Assembly (NCBI GenBank): GCA_943788985.1
Contig: CALSSJ010000010.1
Span: 96,001 to 160,000, forward strand
Direction of reading: 5' to 3'
Length of the DNA stretch: 64,000 nt
From: an uncultured Lentisphaerales bacterium
Lineage (GTDB): Bacteria; Verrucomicrobiota; Lentisphaeria; JABSQK01; UBA12247
In this document: one piece after another, positions 33,110-44,327 of the stretch
Numbering within the stretch: the stretch's first letter is position 1
Layout of the letters: every line of letters begins with the position of its first letter
Position numbers and translations under genes: made by a program
Notes under the pieces: generated by a model
Seen by the model: only the letters and a program-made list of their open reading frames with translations
Databases searched by the model: none
What the model was told of the DNA's origin: nothing

Positions 33110-34309
33110 TTGCAACAACCCCGCAGACTCGAGAATGTCGACTACGATGCCTTCGGTGAGGAGGTTTTTGCACTCAGGGACGAAATCCACGCCAAGCTTG
33201 GCAAGGAAGACCTGGCGCATCTGTGGCGGATGATCTGGCTTAATCGGATGTTCACCTTCATTGGCTACGCGACAGCGTGGATTCCAAACCCGATCAGCAT
33301 TTACTGTCTGAGCCAAGGAGTTTTCGGGCGCTGGTTGATCACCCACCATGTCAGCCACGGTGGCTACGACGCGGTACCGAACGTACCCGAGCGGTTCAAG
33401 AGTAAGGTCTTCGGCCGGGGGCATCGTCGCTGGCGGGATTGGTTCGATTGGATCATCCCGGAAGCTTGGCATCACGAGCATAATATCCTGCACCATTGCC
33501 ACACCAGCGAGGTGAAGGATCCGGATCTTGTCGAAGATTTATCCGAGTTTTTACGAAGTTCCGGCCTCCCGAAACCGCTCAAGTACGTGATCATTTTTCT
33601 GGCTGGGATCACCTGGAAGTTCAGCTACTACGCACCAAACACCTTACGGACCATGGATCACAACGGGGTGGAGCCGACCACGTCATTGTGGCGCGCAGTC
33701 TGGTGCAATGGGCTGGATCTGCGAGTTTCTCGGGTACGCCGCCTCTGGCTCTCCTGCTATTTCCCGTACGCCACGGTGACCTTTATTCTGATCCCGTTGG
33801 CCTTCCTTCCCTTTGGCAAGTGGGTCGTCCTGTCAGTCCTGATTAATCGCGTACTGGCCGAGTTCCTGACTAACTTTCACTCGTTCTTGGTCATCGCCCC
33901 GAACCACGCTGGCGAGGATCTGTATCGCTTCGATTATCGCTATAAGGGCCGCGGTGAGTTTGCCGTGAACCAAGTCATCTCGTCCTGCAATTATCATTGT
34001 GGCTCGCCGATTGGCGACTACCTGCAAATCTGGCTCAACTATCAGATCGAGCATCACATCTTCCCGCGGCTCCCGATGATTCGCTACCGAGAGTGCCAGC
34101 CTGTCGTCAAAGAGATCTGCGAGCGCCACGGCGTCCCCTACGTGCAGGAACCCGTCTGGAAACGTTTCTGGCGCATGGTCCAAATCATGGTTGGCGACAC
34201 CAGCATGCAATGGCTGTGCGAGGCGGAAATTCAGCAGATGGTGCCTCCGGCAGTCGCCACGTGTCCCAGCGCTTCCGAGGACGCGGGGACCCATGGCAAA
34301 GCGGCGTAA
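33110..34309 (+). CDS. Fatty acid (acyl-CoA) desaturase
   Basis: His boxes HHVSHGGYD, HNILHHCHT and QIEHHIFP. Confidence 0.92.
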   Translation: MQQPRRLENVDYDAFGEEVFALRDEIHAKLGKEDLAHLWRMIWLNRMFTFIGYATAWIPNPISIYCLSQGVFGRWLITHHVSHGGYDAVPNVPERFKSKVFGRGHRRWRDWFDWIIPEAWHHEHNILHHCHTSEVKDPDLVEDLSEFLRSSGLPKPLKYVIIFLAGITWKFSYYAPNTLRTMDHNGVEPTTSLWRAVWCNGLDLRVSRVRRLWLSCYFPYATVTFILIPLAFLPFGKWVVLSVLINRVLAEFLTNFHSFLVIAPNHAGEDLYRFDYRYKGRGEFAVNQVISSCNYHCGSPIGDYLQIWLNYQIEHHIFPRLPMIRYRECQPVVKEICERHGVPYVQEPVWKRFWRMVQIMVGDTSMQWLCEAEIQQMVPPAVATCPSASEDAGTHGKAA

Positions 34310-37300
34310 GGCGAAGGCGACTCAGCGCTCAGAACAGAGTGCGGTGGCGTCGGCACTCTCCTTTCAGTGGTGTGCGATCGGCTTGATCGTCCTCGCGACC
34401 ATCCTCGTCTATGGGCGCACGGTGAGCTTCGAGTTTACCAACTGGGATGACAACGTTCTGCTGCTGGAGAACGAAGCGGTCAGGTCGCTATCACCCGCTG
34501 GAATCGTCGAGATTTTTACCCCCAAAGCCGGTGCCACCTATCAGCCGATTCGCGTATTGAGCTATGCCATCAACTGGGCCATCCATGAGGACAGCCCGAT
34601 GGGCTACCATCTGATCAACATGATCCTGCATGGCCTGGGTGCAGTCTTTCTGTTTCTACTGTTGTTTGACGGTTTGCCGCGCCTGCTTGGGCCGGAGCAA
34701 CGGCATACCGGCATGGTCGCTCTGATTGTCGCCCTGCTCTTTGCCGTGCATCCAGTGAACGTCGAATCCGTGGCCTGGGTGTCTTCCCGCAAGTATGGCT
34801 TGCTGGGCAGCTTTTACTTTTCGGCCTGGTGGCTGTATGTACGCGGGACGGCAGGCGAGTCGCTCGACTGGCGCTTCCTCGGCGGGGCACTGGCCTGTAC
34901 CCTGTGTGCAGTCCTCTCGAGTCCGTTTGGCGTGACCCTTCCAGCCATGATCGTGATGTATGACTATTGCAGTCGCCGCGAGCTCAACCCGCTACCGCTC
35001 GCTGTAGAGCGGAAGTTGCCCTACGCGCTGTTCTTCTTTTGTGCGATCGGGATCGTTCCGTTGCTGATGAGTCTGGCGCCCTCGAAAAAGCAGATCGTCT
35101 CGCATGTAATCAAGGAGAACCGCGCCTACACGCTCTTGACCATGCATCGCTGTGTGTTCGACTACGGCCGCAATTTGGCCGCTCCCTTCTGGCTGAACAA
35201 CCGCTACCCGGATCGCTTCGTCAAAACCATCGGCAATCCCAAGGTTTTGATTGTGCTAGTGGGTGCGCTGGCGCTCATCGGCCTGGTCATCATCAACTGG
35301 CGCCAGAAGCAGATGGTCCCGCTCTTTTGCTTTGGCTGGTTCATGATCACTTGGCTCCCGGTCTCGAACATCATCGCTATCTCCACGCTGATGGCGGATC
35401 GCTACATGTACCTTGCGGCGATCGGCGTCTTTCTCGGAGCCGCACTGGCCAGTTCGCTGCTGCTGAAAGAGGCCCGCGTTCTTGCTGCTGTCTGGGCCGT
35501 CATCGTGGTCGCTATGGCCAGCATCGGCTATCAGCGCACCAGCGTGTGGCAAGACAGTGTCGCGCTCTGGAAGGATTCGATCGCCAAGGACTCCGGCAAC
35601 TACCTGGCCCATAACAGCCTAGCCAATGCCTATACCGAGCTGCGTGACTGGGACCTGGCGATGACGCACTACAAGCGAGCGCTGGCATTGAACAAGGACT
35701 ATCACGTCGTCCATTTTAACCTCGGCCAGCTCTATGATGATCTTCAGCAGTATGATGATGCGATCGCCTCCTATGAGCGATTTCTGGTCGAGATCGACAA
35801 GCGTGACGAGGACACGAACCGGGTCGACGCCATGATGAACTTAGGGGTGGCGCTCGGGTTCCAGGGCGAGTTTGGCAAGGCGCTTGCCTTACTCGAGGAC
35901 GCACTGGCCGTAGATGAGACCAGCCATCGTGGCCACAACAACCTCGCAAACGTCCTGAATCTCTCAGGCCGGGACGAGGAAGCCAAAGCATCCTACTTGC
36001 GGGCGCTTGAGCTTGAGCCAGACTTCCCCGAGGGGCACTATAACTTCGCCTCTCTCTACGCGAAGCTGAAACAAACCGACCTGGCAGTGAAGCACTATCG
36101 TCTGGCGCTCGAGCAAAATCCTGAGTATGCCGATGCCTACAACAATCTGGCGAACATTCTCAAAGACGCCGGGAAGCTCGACGAGTCCATCGCCTACTAC
36201 AAGAAGGCGCTCGGATTCTACCCGGATAACGCTGCGATCCACAACAACATCGCCGTTGCCTACCGCAAGAACGGGCAGAGTGGGCTTGCCAAGAAGCACA
36301 GCGATAAGGCCATGGCCCTCAATCCAAGCAATCCCGTGATCTACTTCCGCCAGGGGAATGACCTTGTCAAAGCAGGCAAGCTAGACGAGGCGCTAGTTGC
36401 CTACCAAGAAGCCATCGGCATTGACCCCTATCATGCCACCAGCCTGGCGCAGGTCGGGCACATTCATCGCTCGCGCAGTGAGCACGAGCAGGCGATCGCC
36501 CACTATGAGAAAGCCGTCGAGTATAATCCGCGATTGCGTACTGTGCAGCGCTATCTGGCCGAGCTCCTGACGCCGCGCAATCCAGAGCGCGCGATCCAAG
36601 TCTACCGCGATTACCTAGACCGGCACGCCGATGATCACAACGTCAGGATTAATCTTGGCGCCTTGCTGTTTGCCCAAAAGCGCACGGGCGAGGCCATTGT
36701 GGAGTACGCCATGGTATTGGAGGAAAAGCCGGACTTCTACGAGGCAAATCTGAACATCGCTGTGGCGCTGCAAACCAGCGGGCAGAAGGAGAAGGCTGTG
36801 GCTGCCTACCGGACTGCACTCAAGCTGAAGCCTGAGCAGACCAAGGTGCGCACTACGCTTGGCGCGCTGGAACTCGAGCTGGGCCAGTTCGAAGCCGCGA
36901 TCAAGGACCTGGAGCCGTTGGCCAGGGCGGATCGAAAAGTCGCAACCTTCTTTGGCTCACAGGCCAAGACCCGGCCTAAGTTTGCGGAGGCCCTCGCCAC
37001 GGCATGGGGCGAATCCAGCGAAGCAAACCTGCTCTACGTACTCGGTGCCACACTGGCCCAGGTCGGGCAGGTAGACGCGGCAATCGCCAGCCATCAGCGC
37101 GCACTCACGGTCGACGAGAAGCTGCTTGACTCACTGCAGGCGATTGGCAGCCTGCAGTTTCGCGCTGGTCGCTCGGCAGAGGCGCTCAAGGCCTTTCAAC
37201 AGGCACTGGCAATCGGCCCTGCTACCGCCGAGATTCATAACAATCTCGCCTCAGCCTACTTCTCGGCCCAGCAGCCGAAGAAGGCGATTGAGCACTTTGA

Positions 37301-37382
37301 ACTCGCACTCAAGTTGGACCCGAATCACAAGTTGGCAAGGGAGAATCTCTCCCGCATCCGCGGTGCCATCGAGCAGCCGTAG
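34293..37382 (+). CDS. TMTC-like membrane protein with long TPR array
   Basis: FTNWDD, YQPIR, VHPVNVESVAWVSSRK and MADRYMYL motifs, then many TPRs; start MAKRRK at 34293. Confidence 0.9.
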   Translation: MAKRRKAKATQRSEQSAVASALSFQWCAIGLIVLATILVYGRTVSFEFTNWDDNVLLLENEAVRSLSPAGIVEIFTPKAGATYQPIRVLSYAINWAIHEDSPMGYHLINMILHGLGAVFLFLLLFDGLPRLLGPEQRHTGMVALIVALLFAVHPVNVESVAWVSSRKYGLLGSFYFSAWWLYVRGTAGESLDWRFLGGALACTLCAVLSSPFGVTLPAMIVMYDYCSRRELNPLPLAVERKLPYALFFFCAIGIVPLLMSLAPSKKQIVSHVIKENRAYTLLTMHRCVFDYGRNLAAPFWLNNRYPDRFVKTIGNPKVLIVLVGALALIGLVIINWRQKQMVPLFCFGWFMITWLPVSNIIAISTLMADRYMYLAAIGVFLGAALASSLLLKEARVLAAVWAVIVVAMASIGYQRTSVWQDSVALWKDSIAKDSGNYLAHNSLANAYTELRDWDLAMTHYKRALALNKDYHVVHFNLGQLYDDLQQYDDAIASYERFLVEIDKRDEDTNRVDAMMNLGVALGFQGEFGKALALLEDALAVDETSHRGHNNLANVLNLSGRDEEAKASYLRALELEPDFPEGHYNFASLYAKLKQTDLAVKHYRLALEQNPEYADAYNNLANILKDAGKLDESIAYYKKALGFYPDNAAIHNNIAVAYRKNGQSGLAKKHSDKAMALNPSNPVIYFRQGNDLVKAGKLDEALVAYQEAIGIDPYHATSLAQVGHIHRSRSEHEQAIAHYEKAVEYNPRLRTVQRYLAELLTPRNPERAIQVYRDYLDRHADDHNVRINLGALLFAQKRTGEAIVEYAMVLEEKPDFYEANLNIAVALQTSGQKEKAVAAYRTALKLKPEQTKVRTTLGALELELGQFEAAIKDLEPLARADRKVATFFGSQAKTRPKFAEALATAWGESSEANLLYVLGATLAQVGQVDAAIASHQRALTVDEKLLDSLQAIGSLQFRAGRSAEALKAFQQALAIGPATAEIHNNLASAYFSAQQPKKAIEHFELALKLDPNHKLARENLSRIRGAIEQP

Positions 37383-37528
37383 TTCGTAAAATAGGATCGG
37401 GGCTCCGTGCCCGTCGCAGTAGTAGAGACGAGCACGAAGCCCCGTCATATTTGATCAGCCATTGAATTCGCGCCACGCGCCTGCAACTTTCTGTGATTGG
37501 TATCGTACTGGAATTCGGAGGTGACGAG

Positions 37529-39240
37529 ATGACGCGTACGTTCTTCGTCGATACGGTCCAGCAGGGGTGCCTACGCAAGACCCTCGAAGTCCTCGGCAAG
37601 GCCTACGGACCGCTGGCTTCCGGAGCCCCCATGGTTGATCCGGATGGCGAGAGTATCAGCATTGTGGTGAATTTGGCCGGTCAGCTCCGGGCCAGTGGCC
37701 CGTGGGCTGTGACGCGTGAGTTTTCCCCGCTTGCCGTGCCCAAACCAAGAGACCGCGCACCGACTTTCGGCCCTGCCTGCACTGGCAGCCGCGGCTGGTG
37801 ACCGATCGTTTGGGCCACGAGGAAACGCGATTCAGGCTGAATGATGCCGCCAGCGCCTTCCGCATCATTGCCGAAGGCAATACCTGGGATGGTGCAGTGG
37901 GGCGCGGTGAACCCGTCGTGCGCCCACAGCCCCAGCTGGATGTTGCAGCCTAGGCTCCCACGCTTCCGCTTGCAGGCGGTCGCATTCAGCTGCCCATCAC
38001 AATGCAGAACTACGGCCAATCTCAACTCCCAAGCTGCACGGTCCAGATGCAACGCAAGGGTGAAGAGGTCCAGACTATCCGCGACCCGGTCGAACTGCCT
38101 GCCGGCGAGACTAAGGCCGTGCGATATGACTGGACGGTTCGCGAGGGGCATGAGGCACTGCTTGTGCTGACAAGCGCTGGAGATCTCGAGGATCGGCGCG
38201 TGCTCAAACTGCCCAGCAAGGCGCTCGGCTAGCCGCACGAATATAGCACGAGTGGCGTGTTTACCCGCGAGATCGCTGTGCCGCTTGCCCTGCCCGAGCG
38301 GTCACTCACAGATCTTGAACCCACGCTCAGTTGCTACACGTCGGCGCTCGACCAGGCGAGTGAAGCGCTTAGCGGCATGCTCCGCGAGCCGCATGGCTGT
38401 TTCAAGCAGACCAGCGCCACCAACCACCCGAACGTACTCATTTTCCAGTACTTCAAGCAATTTCCAGAGCACGCGGATCCAGAGCTGATGGCATTCTCCC
38501 AACGTTTTCTGACCAGCGGCTAGGAGCGCCTGGCCGGTTCCGATTGCAGCAAAGGTGGGGTCTCCATGTACGGAAAATCTTCCCCGAGCCCGATGCAGAC
38601 AGCGTTGGCCGTTCTGCAGTTGACCGATATAGCGAAAATTCACGAGGCTGTTGAGCCGAAAGTGATCGAACGCGCACGGGCCTTGCTGCGCGGCCTCCGT
38701 CAACGCGACGGCTCCTTTACTACGAGCGCTTGTTGAGTCTGGCGCCACAGGCCTGCATGGGGCTGGCTGATGACTCCGCGCCGCGGCGGGCATTTCGGCG
38801 GAACACAGGCGACGGTACTGGCCCTGATCGCCCTCTTGAAGGTGGGCGGTGAGCGGCTCACTTGGTGATTTCCCGGTGCACGTAAATGGCGCGGCACCGA
38901 TCATCATGGATCTCGAGCAGACCGATCGACACTCCCTCTCGATCCAATACGGCCGGAACGTGATCACCTTGCTCAGCGAGAGCGCCGCGCCAGTTCCCTT
39001 TCAGTTTCACGTCCAGACCAGATTGCGAATTCCGCAAAACTCGATCAGTTCAAACTTGCGCCTCGAGTTCCAGGGCCCCACGACTGCCAATCTCGCCGAA
39101 TTGGTGGAATGGAAACTGATACTGCGCAATACTGGCAAGATCGCGTTACCGAATGTGGTGGTCGAGCTTGGGGCGCCAGCCGTGCTCTTACGGCAGGTCG
39201 CACGCCCGGTTCGCCGCACCTTCCGACATTCAGGTCCCGG
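37529..39240 (+). pseudogene. Decayed alpha-2-macroglobulin-like (thioester protein) gene
   Basis: MLREPHGCFKQTSATNHPNVLI resembles the GCxEQ thioester region; TALAVLQLTD...QRDGSF; C-terminal PNVVVELGAPA; in-frame TAGs at 38230 and 38521 plus frameshifts. Confidence 0.7.
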
Positions 39241-39269
39241 CGGAGTAAGCTATATGGCCGTGGTACCTC

Positions 39270-39705
39270 AGGCGCGAAAGGCGAGTCTCAATACGCGGAT
39301 ACCATGGAGTTGGTCCTTTTCACCAGCGCCATGCCTGGGATCGGCACGAGCCGCAAGGACTACTTCTATTCGAACCCGCTGCCGGTGAACGCAGCTGGCT
39401 GCGAGGAAACCGAGACCGAGTTTTTTACCCGCACAGGCTACGTCGAATGTTTCTGTTGTCCGTCGAATCTGGTACGGACCATCGCCAAAGTCTCCGGCTG
39501 GGCCTACAGCCTTGCGGACAATGGCGTGGCCGTGAATCTCTACGGGGGCAATACCCCCGATACCACGCTGATAGATGGCTCTGCGCTAAAGCTTAACCAA
39601 GAGAGCGCACATCCCTGAGACGGGCAGGTCAAGATCACCATCGATACCTGCAAGGCTGAGCCGTTCTCCCTGATGCTGCGGACCCCAGATTGGGCAGAAG
39701 GCCGC
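39270..39705 (+). pseudogene. Fragment of a GH127 (beta-L-arabinofuranosidase-like) glycoside hydrolase
   Basis: YADTMELVLF...YFYSNPL...CFCCPSNLVRTIA...VNLY...HP*DGQVKITI...LMLRTPDWA. Confidence 0.75.
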
Positions 39706-39759
39706 CACTGCCCTCCAACCATGGTCGTTAGCTCACCAGACCGTCTGCGGTCAGTGAAG

Positions 39760-40329
39760 TCAGTCGCTTGCGCAGTTCGCCAGAAACCAGCGATGAATGG
39801 CGAGGTCCTCGGTCAGTTCCGGGTGAAACGTCGTCGCCAGATGGCGACCGTTGCGCACCATCACTGGAATGCCTTTGTGTTCGGCCATAACCTGTGCGTC
39901 TCCCGTCTCGATGATACGAGGAGCGCGGATAAACAGGTAGGTCGCACGATGGGCGGGCTCAATCGCGACCGCCAGCTCCGCCGCAAAGCTCTCGTTCTGC
40001 GCGCCATAGGCGTTGCGCTCGATCACCATGTCCAGAAGCCCCAGTGAGCGTTGTTGCGGATTTCGCACTTCGCGCGCCATGAGAATGCTGCCGGCGCACA
40101 CGCCCCAGACCGACTTGTGCGCAGCGAACAGCACCAGCGCCTGCCACATCTCGCTGGACGCCGCGCGTAGCATAGTCGAGCTTTCGCCGCCGGGAATCAC
40201 TAGCGCGTCGAGCCCGCTCAGCTGGCCTGGTTCCAGCACTTTTGCGGTCTCCGCACCGCATGCTGCGAACTTCGCAGTATGCGGCTCAAGGCAGCCTTGC
40301 AGACCAAGCAGGCCGATCTTTTTCGTCAC
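39760..40329 (-). CDS. pdxT: Pyridoxal 5'-phosphate synthase glutaminase subunit
   Basis: GLLGLQG, IPGGESS, GVCAG, RNAYGAQNESF, FIRAP, FHPE. Confidence 0.95.
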   Translation of the reverse strand: MTKKIGLLGLQGCLEPHTAKFAACGAETAKVLEPGQLSGLDALVIPGGESSTMLRAASSEMWQALVLFAAHKSVWGVCAGSILMAREVRNPQQRSLGLLDMVIERNAYGAQNESFAAELAVAIEPAHRATYLFIRAPRIIETGDAQVMAEHKGIPVMVRNGRHLATTFHPELTEDLAIHRWFLANCASD

Positions 40330-41210
40330 TACCAGCCGCGGCCAGCGAGCCGCTCGGCAGCGGGGATCGACTCCATGGTCAGGCTTGGCATGGCCTCGCC
40401 TAGATTGCGGGAGGCTTCCATCACTTTGGCTGGGTCGTTATAGTAAATCGTTGCTTCGACAATCGCCCGGGCGAACCCCGGCGGATCGGACGAACGAAAG
40501 ATTCCAGACCCAACAAACACCGACTCGGCACCAATTTGGCGCAAGAGTGACGCATCAGCAGGAGTCGCGACGCCGCCAGCGGCAAAATTTGGAACTGGAA
40601 GCTTGCCGTGCTCAGCCACATACTGCACCAAGTGCAGCGGTGCTTGCAGATTCTTGGCCGCTGCGTACAACTCAGCGCTGTCCATCTGGGTCAGCTTCTT
40701 TATCTCTTGAACGATCGTGCGCATGTGCCGCACCCCTTCGACGACGTTGCCGGTACCAGCTTCGCCCTTGGTGCGAATCAGGCAGGCGCCTTCGCTGATG
40801 CGTCGAAGTGCCTCGCCAAGATTGGTGGCGCCACAGACAAACGGTGCGTCGAACAGCGTCTTGTCCACGTGGTTGTCGTCATCCGCAGGCGTCAGGACCT
40901 CGCTTTCATCGATAAAGTCGATGCCCAGCGCCTGCAAAACCTGCGCTTCGGCAAAATGACCAATCCGGCACTTGGCCATGACTGGGATCGAGACTGCTTC
41001 CTTGATCCGGGTGATCATCTCCGGGTCGCTCATCCGCGCCACGCCGCCCTCCTTGCGTATGTCGGAAGGCACGCGCTCCAAGGCCATGACTGCGCAGGCT
41101 CCGGCTTCCTCAGCGATCTTCGCCTCTTCGACATTCGTGACGTCCATAATCACGCCATTACAGAGCTGGCGTGCCAGCCCTACATTCAGCTGCCTGCGTT
41201 CCTCGGTCAT
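40329..41210 (-). CDS. pdxS: Pyridoxal 5'-phosphate synthase lyase subunit
   Basis: [44 protein letters not shown]. Confidence 0.97.
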   Translation of the reverse strand: MTEERRQLNVGLARQLCNGVIMDVTNVEEAKIAEEAGACAVMALERVPSDIRKEGGVARMSDPEMITRIKEAVSIPVMAKCRIGHFAEAQVLQALGIDFIDESEVLTPADDDNHVDKTLFDAPFVCGATNLGEALRRISEGACLIRTKGEAGTGNVVEGVRHMRTIVQEIKKLTQMDSAELYAAAKNLQAPLHLVQYVAEHGKLPVPNFAAGGVATPADASLLRQIGAESVFVGSGIFRSSDPPGFARAIVEATIYYNDPAKVMEASRNLGEAMPSLTMESIPAAERLAGRGW

Positions 41211-41302
41211 CGATCTACCTTCTAAATTCGCACGTGTTTGATGCATCTGGAAAAAACGGTACTAATAGTCGCTGCAGTCAAATTTTCCCTCGCAATTCCC
41301 CT

Positions 41303-41818
41303 ATGTCCACTCCAAAAATATTCGATGGCGCCCGTGATGCCTGGCTACTGCAGTCGGATGAGCAGCTTTTGCGCGACTGCCGGGTGGACAGCTACCGTGG
41401 CTCTGGTCCGGGCGGGCAGCACCGAAACACGTCCGATACCGCCGTGCGGCTGACTCATCAGCCGAGCGGGGCAATCAGTACGGCCAGTGAGCGACGGTCC
41501 CGCAAGCAGAATCATGCAGCAGCGGTCCAGCGCCTCCGGCACCAAATTGCGGTCTGCGTGCGCTGTTCGCCCGCAATCGCCCCTGAGAAGCCCAACTGGC
41601 AGCTGTCCCTGGCAAACCCGGCCTATCCGCTGCTGATTGCTCACGTTTTGGATGCCGTCCAAGAGGCAGAGGGCGCCGTGGGCGACACAGCCCGCGCCAT
41701 CGGCCTTTCGACCGGGAAGCTAATCCGCCTGTTGCACCGTGACTCAGCCGTTTGGCAGGCCGTCAATCGCGTTCGCGCCGAGCACGAGCTGCATCCTCTG
41801 AAGGCCCCTCACCGTTGA
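41303..41818 (+). CDS. Peptide chain release factor-like (RF-1 domain) protein
   Basis: RGSGPGGQHRNTSDTAVRLTH GGQ motif; C-terminal HTH-like LSTGKLIRLL. Confidence 0.85.
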   Translation: MSTPKIFDGARDAWLLQSDEQLLRDCRVDSYRGSGPGGQHRNTSDTAVRLTHQPSGAISTASERRSRKQNHAAAVQRLRHQIAVCVRCSPAIAPEKPNWQLSLANPAYPLLIAHVLDAVQEAEGAVGDTARAIGLSTGKLIRLLHRDSAVWQAVNRVRAEHELHPLKAPHR

Positions 41819-42199
41819 GCACAAGCGATGCCCAGGCGATCGTCGACGAAGCTTCCACGCGAGCCGTGCGCCAAGGTGCCAGCGTTACTTACTGACTGCC
41901 CGGTCCCGATGGCCTGAATGTCCGCCTGCGCGTCGCCGGTGAGCAGCGCGACTTGTTGCATGTGCCTTGCGCGCTTGGGGCCCAATGCGTAACCAGACTG
42001 AAGGGGTTGGCCAAGCTGCTGACCTCTCAGCCCCGAATCTCGCAGGACGGTGCGCTTTGTCACACCTGCGGAGATCGTGCAGTAGCCCCACGCGTTTCCA
42101 CGCTTTCCACCTCGGATCGCGAGCGCGCCACTGGGCGGGTGCACCGTGCTATGCTTACCGAGCGCTAACTCGCGGACCTTGGTTTTTAGCCGGAGATCC

Positions 42200-42832
42200 T
42201 GCGCACCATCGAAAGCTGGCTCAAGCTGCCCGGGGGTCTGATCATCCTGCCTGTGCCTACAGGTTGTGGCAAGACCACGACTATCGATGCCATGGTGCGC
42301 GAGTTGCTGCGGCTCAATCAGGACCCGGCCAGCGTCATCACCCTAGAAGACCCCATCGAAGCAGAACTGCGTAGCGTTCCCCAAATGCGCGTCGGGCAGC
42401 TCAGCGATGGCGACGACTGTGGCTACGCTGCCGCTCTGCGCTTAGCGTTGCGCCAAAATGCGAAGGCGCTGCTCGTCGGATAGATGGGTGTTGGTGGCTA
42501 CTGCGCTCACCGGCCACCGCGTCATCACCACATCCCACACTGCCGACATTGCCTCCGTCTATGCGCCCATTCTTCATCAGGGCTTCGAGCCTTTTCTGGT
42601 CTCTGCCGCCATCACCGAGGTGATGACCCAACGGGTGATACGCGGCGCGGCTAGGGTCGTGCCGCGAGCCGCCGTACTGACTCCGGGCGATGACTGGCGT
42701 GAATTTCTCTGCACCGGCCCCGGCCTGCGGGACATCCGCAAACGAGCCGTGGCATTTCCCCTGATCAGCTTGAGTCGCCCCAGAGCTCAGTCCCGTCCTC
42801 ACTACCTTGCACCTGTTGCGGAACAGACCTGA
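42200..42832 (+). pseudogene. Decayed GspE/PilB-family secretion ATPase
   Basis: PTGCGKTTT, ITLEDPIE, ALRQNAKALLVG* (stop where E is expected), frameshifted TGHRVITTSH...TQRVIR. Confidence 0.8.
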
Positions 42833-43030
42833 ACGGGCACATCCGTTCCAAGGGGCATAACAGATTCAGCTTCACTAGCGTAGGGCCTGTGCCACAGGAC
42901 AATCACGGCCTAGCTTGTGCTCGCCAAGAGCAAAGATGTGCATACCCTGTATAACGCTGGGCGTATTTCGCCTGTTCTCCGCGCTTAGTCGCCTGAATTC
43001 CGCGAGAACCAGCATTTAGCCAAACTCGTC

Positions 43031-43059
43031 TTGCACAGTTGGGGGCGTTTCAGTACATT
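43031..43059 (+). promoter_or_regulatory. Sigma70 promoter of rpsB-tsf
   Basis: TTGCAC-17bp-TACATT; GAGGAGG RBS before the TTG start. Confidence 0.65.
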
Positions 43060-43147
43060 AGCCGCTTTTGCGTTTTCGGCGCGTAGCCCGTATGCCGTCG
43101 CATCTATATAACACATTTTTGATTTTCTCGGTCAAGAGGAGGCACAA

Positions 43148-44224
43148 TTGGCAACGGTCACGATTCAGGATTTGCTAGACGCCGGTGTCCATTTCGGACA
43201 TCAGACACAACGCTGGAATCCCAAAATGAAGTCATTCATTCATGGGAAGCGTAATGGGATTCATATCTTCGATCTGCGTCAGACTATCCACGGCCTGAGC
43301 CGTGCCTGTAATTTCGTCTATGAAATTATTGCCGATGGCGGTCAGATTCTGTTTGTCGGCACAAAGCGGCAGGCGCAGGATATTGTTCGCGGCGCTGGCG
43401 AGGCCACTAATATGCACTATGTCTCGGAGCGTTGGCTCGGGGGGACCCTTACGAATAATCAGACGATTCGCAAGAGCATTGATCGCATGGAGGAACTTAC
43501 CCAACTCGAAGAGTCTGGCGAGCTGGCAAAGCGCGGCAAGCGCGAAGCTTCCGCCCTTCGTCGCGAATCCACCAAGTTGACACGCAACTTGTCGGGTATC
43601 GTCAACATGACCGATATGCCCGATGTAGTTTTTGTCGTAGACGTCAATCGCGAGGATATTGCAGTGCGTGAGGCACAGCGCCTCGGCATTCCGATCGTCG
43701 GACTCGTCGATACCAATTCGGACCCTGCCCGTGTCGATCACATCGTCCCAGGCAATGATGACGCGTTGCGCTCCGTAAAGCTTATCACCGACACTATCGT
43801 TGGGAGCGTCCTCGCTGCCAAGGAAATCTTTATCGAGAAGCAGGCTGAAGAAGAAGCTCGTATCGCTGCTGAGCAGGCTGCAAAGAAGGCAGAAGCAGAA
43901 GCTGCACGTGCCGCTGCTGATGCTGCTGCTAAGGCCAAAAAAGCTGAGGCGGAGAAAGCTGCTGTTGACCAAAAGCCTGCTGCTGACCAAAAGCCTGCCG
44001 CTGACCAGAAGCCTGCCGCTGACCAGAAGCCTGCTGCTGCCAAGAAGCCTGCTGCTGCCAAGAAGCCTGCTGCTTCCAAGAAGCCTGCTGCTGCCAAGAA
44101 GCCTGCTGCCAAAAAGCCTGCTGCTAAAAAGCCTGCTGCCAAGAAGGCTGCTCCTGCTGAAAAACCTGCTGCTGCCAAGAGCAAAGACGAAGCTGAGGCC
44201 CCGGCCGAAAAACCCGAAGCGTAA
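43148..44224 (+). CDS. rpsB: 30S ribosomal protein S2 with long Ala/Lys/Pro-rich tail
   Basis: AGVHFGHQTQRWNPKM, RWLGGTLTN, VDTNSDP, PGNDDA. Confidence 0.97.
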   Translation: MATVTIQDLLDAGVHFGHQTQRWNPKMKSFIHGKRNGIHIFDLRQTIHGLSRACNFVYEIIADGGQILFVGTKRQAQDIVRGAGEATNMHYVSERWLGGTLTNNQTIRKSIDRMEELTQLEESGELAKRGKREASALRRESTKLTRNLSGIVNMTDMPDVVFVVDVNREDIAVREAQRLGIPIVGLVDTNSDPARVDHIVPGNDDALRSVKLITDTIVGSVLAAKEIFIEKQAEEEARIAAEQAAKKAEAEAARAAADAAAKAKKAEAEKAAVDQKPAADQKPAADQKPAADQKPAAAKKPAAAKKPAASKKPAAAKKPAAKKPAAKKPAAKKAAPAEKPAAAKSKDEAEAPAEKPEA

Positions 44225-44250
44225 ACCGCACTGCGTATACGATTTCGATG

Positions 44251-44290
44251 AATCACCCGCCGCGGGACCCGCGTCGGGTGATTTTATATA
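44251..44290 (+). terminator. Stem-loop between rpsB and tsf (possible attenuating terminator)
   Basis: AATCACCCG...CGGGTGATT stem with inner CGCGG/CCGCG pairing, followed by TTATATA. Confidence 0.55.
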
Positions 44291-44327
44291 CACGCCTGCG
44301 AACTACCCAAGAAGAGGAATATTGACC

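Noticed and set aside
38230..42483. Stop-codon reassignment (in-frame TAG/TGA in A2M, GH127 and GspE relics)
   Set aside because: The stops replace different expected residues (Tyr/Phe, Trp, Glu), co-occur with frameshifts, and intact genes here end normally in TAG and TGA.
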